A stretch of 64,000 nt of DNA from an uncultured Poribacteria bacterium (GTDB taxonomy: Bacteria; Poribacteria; WGA-4E; WGA-3G): assembly GCA_958296135.2 (NCBI GenBank), contig CATQHZ020000001.1, forward strand, positions 4,947,779 through 5,011,778, read 5' to 3'. Of this stretch, positions 59,218-64,000 are shown in pieces. Within the stretch, counting starts at the first letter, position 1; every line of letters starts with the position of its first letter. A program made the position numbers and the translations under genes. Under the pieces are notes generated by a model. The model was given only the letters and a program-made list of their open reading frames with translations, did no database searches and had not been told where the DNA came from.

Positions 59218-60397
59218 ACTCGGCATCACCCGCTTGATGACAGACGCAGCACTTTGGAAGTCCATTGCATTCAAATCGCTTGGGCTGATTACCAACCACA
59301 CCGGTGTGAATGAACAGTTCCGGCCCACCTACGAACTTATCGCCGATGTTCTGTCGTGTCGCTTGGCCGCCATCTTTACGCCGGAGCATGGATTCGGTGG
59401 GGCCGCGCAAGACGGTGTCGCGCAAACCGAGGTGCAACATCTTGCACTTCGGAGAGGGGGCACTGCAAAGGATACCGTCTCCCTCCCCGTTTACAGCCTC
59501 TATGGCGAACACCTGCGGCCCACCGCTGAACAGTTAGAAGGCATCGATGTCCTTCTCTACGACATGCAGGATGTCGGCGCGCGGTGCTATACCTACATTT
59601 CCACGCTGCTGTATGCGATGGAAGCGGCATGCGAGGCAGAAATAGCAGTCATCGTCTGCGACCGGCCCAACCCACTCGGCTGCACCTGTGCCGAAGGACA
59701 AGTGCTTGACAAAACGTTTGCATCCTTCGTCGGCATGCATCCGCTCCCAATGCGCTACGGGCTTACCGTGGGCGAGCTCACGCTCCTGTTGAAAACCGAG
59801 CTAAATTACGAATTGCTGCCTATCCAAATTATTCCGATGCGCGGTTATACGCGGGAGATGCGGTATGAAGACACCGGTTTGCCCTGGGTGCCGCCTTCTC
59901 CCAATATGCCGACGCTGGATACTGTAGCTGTTTATCCGGGCCTATGCCTCTTTGAAGGCACGAACGTCAGTGAAGGGCGCGGCACGACGAAACCTTTTGA
60001 ATACATCGGCGCGCCGTGGTGCGATGGGGACGCGTGGGCGCGCGAACTCAACGCCCTTGCGCTGCCCGGCGTGCTGTTCCGCGCCGTCCACTTCACTCCT
60101 GCACCGATGACGAACAGCACAAAGTATGCAAACCAACGCTGTCAAGGCGTTGCCATCCACATCACGAACAAATCCCTTTTCCGCCCGATAGAGACAGCCA
60201 TTTTTATGTTAGCCAACTTAATTCGTGCCTATCCAGACACCTTCGCTTTCCATCAGGAACATTTCGATAGACTCGCCGGTAACAGCAGCCTCCGCCTCGC
60301 CTTGTCTGCCCAGGAACCCATCGAGGAAATTCAGCGGGGGTGGCGCGCAGGCGTGCAGGCGTGGCACGATGCAAGAAGGATATATCAACTTTATTAG
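59210..60397 (+). CDS. namZ: Exo-beta-N-acetylmuramidase (DUF1343)
   Basis: 'GLITNHTG', 'PEHG', 'DMQDVGARCYTY', 'DRPNP', 'SEGRGT'. Confidence 0.9.
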   Translation: MVELGITRLMTDAALWKSIAFKSLGLITNHTGVNEQFRPTYELIADVLSCRLAAIFTPEHGFGGAAQDGVAQTEVQHLALRRGGTAKDTVSLPVYSLYGEHLRPTAEQLEGIDVLLYDMQDVGARCYTYISTLLYAMEAACEAEIAVIVCDRPNPLGCTCAEGQVLDKTFASFVGMHPLPMRYGLTVGELTLLLKTELNYELLPIQIIPMRGYTREMRYEDTGLPWVPPSPNMPTLDTVAVYPGLCLFEGTNVSEGRGTTKPFEYIGAPWCDGDAWARELNALALPGVLFRAVHFTPAPMTNSTKYANQRCQGVAIHITNKSLFRPIETAIFMLANLIRAYPDTFAFHQEHFDRLAGNSSLRLALSAQEPIEEIQRGWRAGVQAWHDARRIYQLY

Positions 60398-60461
60398 TCT
60401 TTTCATAAAAATCGAAAACGTAGTCATCGCCAACGGCGATGAGAGATGGACGGAGACAGAC

Positions 60462-61790
60462 ATGATTGCCCAAACGCTGCGAATCGAAAGCAATGCAAAA
60501 GGACAGAAAAACAAAAAACGTGTCATCGGGCTCATGTCCGGCACCTCCGCAGACGGCATTGATGTCGCCGCAGTAGAAATCGAAGGACACGGCAGCGCCA
60601 CGCGCGTGCAGCTCATCGCCTTTGACACCGTGCCGTTCCCTCCCGGTGTGCAGGACAGTATCCTCGCGCTCTGTCAACCCGATACCGGGCGCGTCGATAA
60701 GATATGCGAGATGAACTTTAGACTCGGCCACCTGTTCGCCGATGCTGTCAAACATCTCTTGGATACCCACGGCATCCCTGCGCGCGACATCGCGCTCATC
60801 GGCTCGCACGGCCAGACGATTCACCACCTGCCGAAAGCTCCTTATCCATCAACCTTACAAATCGGCGAACCTGCCGTGATTGCACACCAGACCGGGATTC
60901 CGACGATTGCGGACTTTCGCGTTGCGGATATGGCAGCAGGGGGACAAGGCGCGCCCCTCGTCGCCTATCCCGATTACCTCCTCTACCGCGACGAACACGA
61001 AACGCGCGGGCTTCTGAATATCGGCGGCATCGCCAACATCACCGTGCTACCCGCCAATTGCACACTGGATGCTGTCGCCGCCTCTGATACCGGTCCCGGC
61101 AACATGGCCATCGATGCCGTCGTATCCGAGATAACCGATGGCGCAGAACGATTTGACACAGCAGGACAGCGCGCCGCGCGGGGCACGCCCTATCTCCCGC
61201 TCGTTGAGAAATGGTTAACGCACGCTTTCTTTGCGCAGGCTCCACCCAAAACAACCGGACGTGAAATGTTCGGCATCACCTTCGCGCAAGCCTGTCTCGC
61301 GCAATGCCGCGCGCAAGGATTAGATGACGATGCCTGCGTCGCAACGGTGACAGAATTGACGGTGCAGTCCATCGCGCAGTATGTCAAACAATTCGTCTCG
61401 GTAGGCGAGCCCTCCCGGTCTCGATGCCCCTCGGTAGGAGAAACTCCCCAGCCTCAACCTCCCTCGGTAGGCGAGCCCTCCCAGTCTCGACACCCCTCGG
61501 TAGGAGAAACCTCCCAGTCTCAACTCCCCGTAGGCGAGCCCTCCCAGTCTCGATGCAAAATAGACAGACTCTACATCAGCGGCGGCGGCACCCAAAACCA
61601 AACACTCATGCGCCGATTAGCCCAAATCTTCCCCGATAGCACTGTTCTCCCCGTAGAAAACAGCGATGCCAAAGAAGCGATAGCGTTTGCAATCCTCGCG
61701 AACGAGGCGTTACACGGACAGGCAGGCAACGTTCCCTCCGCTACCGGCGCGTCCGTGCGAAAGGTTTTGGGGAAGTTTGTTTATCCTTAA
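60462..61790 (+). CDS. anmK: Anhydro-N-acetylmuramic acid kinase with in-frame REP-derived insertion
   Basis: 'GLMSGTSADG', 'GSHGQT', 'GGQGAPL', 'NIGGIAN', 'DTGPGN', 'KEAIAFA'. Confidence 0.95.
   Translation: MIAQTLRIESNAKGQKNKKRVIGLMSGTSADGIDVAAVEIEGHGSATRVQLIAFDTVPFPPGVQDSILALCQPDTGRVDKICEMNFRLGHLFADAVKHLLDTHGIPARDIALIGSHGQTIHHLPKAPYPSTLQIGEPAVIAHQTGIPTIADFRVADMAAGGQGAPLVAYPDYLLYRDEHETRGLLNIGGIANITVLPANCTLDAVAASDTGPGNMAIDAVVSEITDGAERFDTAGQRAARGTPYLPLVEKWLTHAFFAQAPPKTTGREMFGITFAQACLAQCRAQGLDDDACVATVTELTVQSIAQYVKQFVSVGEPSRSRCPSVGETPQPQPPSVGEPSQSRHPSVGETSQSQLPVGEPSQSRCKIDRLYISGGGTQNQTLMRRLAQIFPDSTVLPVENSDAKEAIAFAILANEALHGQAGNVPSATGASVRKVLGKFVYP
61398..61556 (+). repeat. Five tandem REP-like units inside anmK
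   Basis: GTAGGCGAGCCCTCCCGGTCTCGA / GTAGGAGAAACCTCCCAGTCTC units of 30-33 bp. Confidence 0.9.
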
Positions 61791-61936
61791 GGACAGACTC
61801 GCACGAAGTTTGAGAATTAAATCGGACTATTCCGCAACTGTCCAGCATTTCCGTAGCGCGAGAGCCTGTCTCTCGCAATCCTCATTTGTTCTGAATCAGG
61901 ATGGACAAAAGGAGAATATGACAAAAGGAGAATATC

Positions 61937-62266
61937 ATGAACCGAACACTCATCGGCGCGATTGTCATCATTCTCGCTGCCTGCATCGACATTACCTTCT
62001 GGGCCGAATGGGAGAAACAAGAGTTCGATGCATCGCTACCTAAACCACCCGCCGAGCCCTGGAAACCCAGTGACGATGGGTTGCAGGAGCCACCCCCTCT
62101 ACTGAATCTATCTGGCGTGAAGAAAAAAAGATTTGACATTCCAACGATTTTAGGGTATACTCAATTTCTACATGTGCGGAAACGCGCCCCGAAAGATAAA
62201 TTTTCTATCGGAAACGAATCTCCCTATGCCTCGCTTGGAACGATTCAGTTCTCGCATACACGGTAA
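61937..62266 (+). pseudogene. Truncated relative of the 2.2-5.0 kb membrane-anchored family
   Basis: AAGGAG RBS; 'MNRTLIGAI...WAEWEKQEFDASLPKPPAEPWKPSDDG' aligns to the family N-terminus, then the frame runs through promoter sequence. Confidence 0.6.
62133..62161 (+). promoter_or_regulatory. Sigma70 promoter
   Basis: TTGACA, 17 bp, TATACT. Confidence 0.7.
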
Positions 62267-62271
62267 CGAAT

Positions 62272-62300
62272 TTGACAATTCTGACAATTTCTGATACACT
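62272..62300 (+). promoter_or_regulatory. Second sigma70 promoter (extended -10) upstream of the sulfatase
   Basis: TTGACA, 17-bp spacer ending TGA, TACACT. Confidence 0.6.
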
Positions 62301-62359
62301 CTCTCCAAATTCACAAAATGGACAGAATTGCCAAAGCGCATCACGAAAAGGAGGCTACA

Positions 62360-63769
62360 TTGAGCACCCCTAACATCCTATTCATCATGTCCGATGACCA
62401 TGCGGCTCATGCGATGAGCTGCTATGGAAGTCGCATCAACCAAACCCCACAGTTGGATCGCATCGCCGATGGCGGCATGATTCTCCACAACTGCTTCTGT
62501 GTCAACTCCATCTGCACGCCGAGCCGCGCAAACATTCTGACCGGGAAGCATAGCCACCTCAACGGTGTCAAAACGCTGTCAGACAAACTTGATGGCAGAA
62601 ACCCAAACGTCGCGAAGATGCTGCAAGCAGCCGGCTATCAAACGGCAATGATAGGCAAATGGCACCTCGGACACGGCGGCAACGCAGATCCGACTGGGTT
62701 TGACTATTGGAACGTTTTGCCGGGACAAGGGCTGTATCACGAACCGGTGATGCTTGAGCCGGACGGTGAAAAGACGCATAAAGGCTACGCCACCGACATC
62801 ATCACCGATTTCTCGTTGGAATGGCTGCAAAATCGGGATAGGGAGAGCCCTTTTTTCCTGATGTGTCACCACAAGGCCCCGCACCGTCCGTGGGATTCAG
62901 ACGAGAAGCACGCGCACCTGTTTGAAGACGAGGATGTGCCGCTTCCGGACACCTTCTTTGACGATTACGCCAATCGCTCAAACGCCGCCAAAGAGGCGAA
63001 AATGCGGGTAGCACGCGATATGAACGCCCGCGACCTGAAAATTGACACACTCGGGCCGCCTCCCGATGGGTTATCCGAGGAAGAACTGGCGAAGTGGCAG
63101 TATCAACGTTATATTAAGGAGTATCTCCGCTGCGTCGCCTCCATTGATGACAACGTCGGCCGGATGCTTGACTATCTCGATGCCGACGGTATCGCCGACG
63201 ACACGATAGTCATCTACACGTCCGACCAGGGCTTCTTCTTGGGAGACCACGGGTGGTATGATAAGCGGTTTATGTATGAAGAATCGCTGCGGATGCCGTT
63301 TATCGTCCGCTATCCGCGCGAAATTCAGCCGGGGAGCTCCTGCGACGCAATGGCGTTGAACATTGACTTCGCCGAGACATGGCTCGATTACGCCGGCCTC
63401 GCAATTCCTGACGATATGCAGGGACGCAGCCTGCGTCCGTTATTCATGGCACCTGGCAACGGCGAGCCCCCGGACGACTGGCGAACCTCGATGTATTACC
63501 GCTACTGGATGCATCTCTCGCACCACTACGTTGGCGCGCACTACGGCATCCGCACGCATCGGTATAAACTTATTTATTACTACGGACAGGCACTCGGCAC
63601 GACAGGCTCCGTTGATGAGGCAAAACCGCCGGAGTGGGAACTCTTCGATCTGGAGAAGGACCCGAGCGAAATGTGCAGCGTCTACGATGACCCGGGGTAC
63701 GCCGACATCGTCACCGAATTAACGGCAGAACTGTATCGGTTGAAGGCAGAAGCAAAGGATGAGGAGTAA
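62360..63769 (+). CDS. Sulfatase (formylglycine-dependent, N-acetylglucosamine-6-sulfatase-like)
   Basis: 'PNILFIMSDDH', 'CTPSRA', 'GKWHLG', 'TSDQG'; TTG 62360 follows AAGGAGG. Confidence 0.93.
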   Translation: MSTPNILFIMSDDHAAHAMSCYGSRINQTPQLDRIADGGMILHNCFCVNSICTPSRANILTGKHSHLNGVKTLSDKLDGRNPNVAKMLQAAGYQTAMIGKWHLGHGGNADPTGFDYWNVLPGQGLYHEPVMLEPDGEKTHKGYATDIITDFSLEWLQNRDRESPFFLMCHHKAPHRPWDSDEKHAHLFEDEDVPLPDTFFDDYANRSNAAKEAKMRVARDMNARDLKIDTLGPPPDGLSEEELAKWQYQRYIKEYLRCVASIDDNVGRMLDYLDADGIADDTIVIYTSDQGFFLGDHGWYDKRFMYEESLRMPFIVRYPREIQPGSSCDAMALNIDFAETWLDYAGLAIPDDMQGRSLRPLFMAPGNGEPPDDWRTSMYYRYWMHLSHHYVGAHYGIRTHRYKLIYYYGQALGTTGSVDEAKPPEWELFDLEKDPSEMCSVYDDPGYADIVTELTAELYRLKAEAKDEE

Positions 63770-63831
63770 GTTTCTGCACCCGTATGGCGAGGGTTCCCCT
63801 CGCCATATCCAATGGAATGAGGAACCGTAAA

Positions 63832-64000
63832 ATGGCAACACAAAATCCGTTACAAAACATTGAACCCGGCATCAAAGTCACGGCGCAGATGTCGCCGGAG
63901 CCCACCCCGGCAGACTTGCAATTTGTTAAGCAGATGGGTGTCGACTACGTGGTGCTGTGGACGAACGGCGCGAATGCAAATTACGATTATTTCATGAGCC
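63832..64000 (+). CDS. Probable mannonate dehydratase-like protein, N-terminal fragment (runs off window)
   Basis: GAGGA RBS; 'PGIKVTAQMSPEPTPADLQFVKQMGVDYV' resembles UxuA-family N-termini. Confidence 0.55.
   Translation, partial: MATQNPLQNIEPGIKVTAQMSPEPTPADLQFVKQMGVDYVVLWTNGANANYDYFMS

Noticed and set aside
63783-63807. Intrinsic terminator after the sulfatase
   Set aside because: The hairpin TATGGCGAGGG..CCCTCGCCATA lacks a U-tract and resembles the REP family, so it is not called as a terminator.

Overview
A GC-rich bacterial chromosome segment, most likely Candidatus Poribacteria (inferred from a LamG protein ending in 'VSPRDKAATTWGDMK', expanded ABC-2 permease and Uma2 families, a sulfatase and Gfo/Idh/MocA enzymes). 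I see no rRNA, tRNA, CRISPR array or intact transposase. The centre of the window (13.4-38.9 kb) is a two-armed, convergent export locus: eight ABC-2-type permease paralogs in four types, each present once per arm, plus one ABC ATPase, a repeat-containing NEW3-like membrane-anchored protein and a TolC-like protein. Each arm carries a homologous leader made of a sigma70 promoter, a 47/58-aa uORF ending 'TPPxLxFC' and conserved hairpins; this is the best candidate for an undescribed system. Other notable items are a putative cholera/pertussis-type ADP-ribosyltransferase with a downstream partner gene whose N-terminal domain recurs inside the ABC operon; many GTAG-type REP-like palindromes that form tandem arrays, nest inside each other and sit in frame within enzymes; tandem paralogs differing in local windows; a Rieske/cytochrome b pair with a fused b562-like domain; an orphan antitoxin behind a deleted toxin; a single-chain restriction-modification enzyme; and a peptidoglycan-recycling cluster. 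All calls come from reading the sequence and recalled family motifs; no database searches were run.
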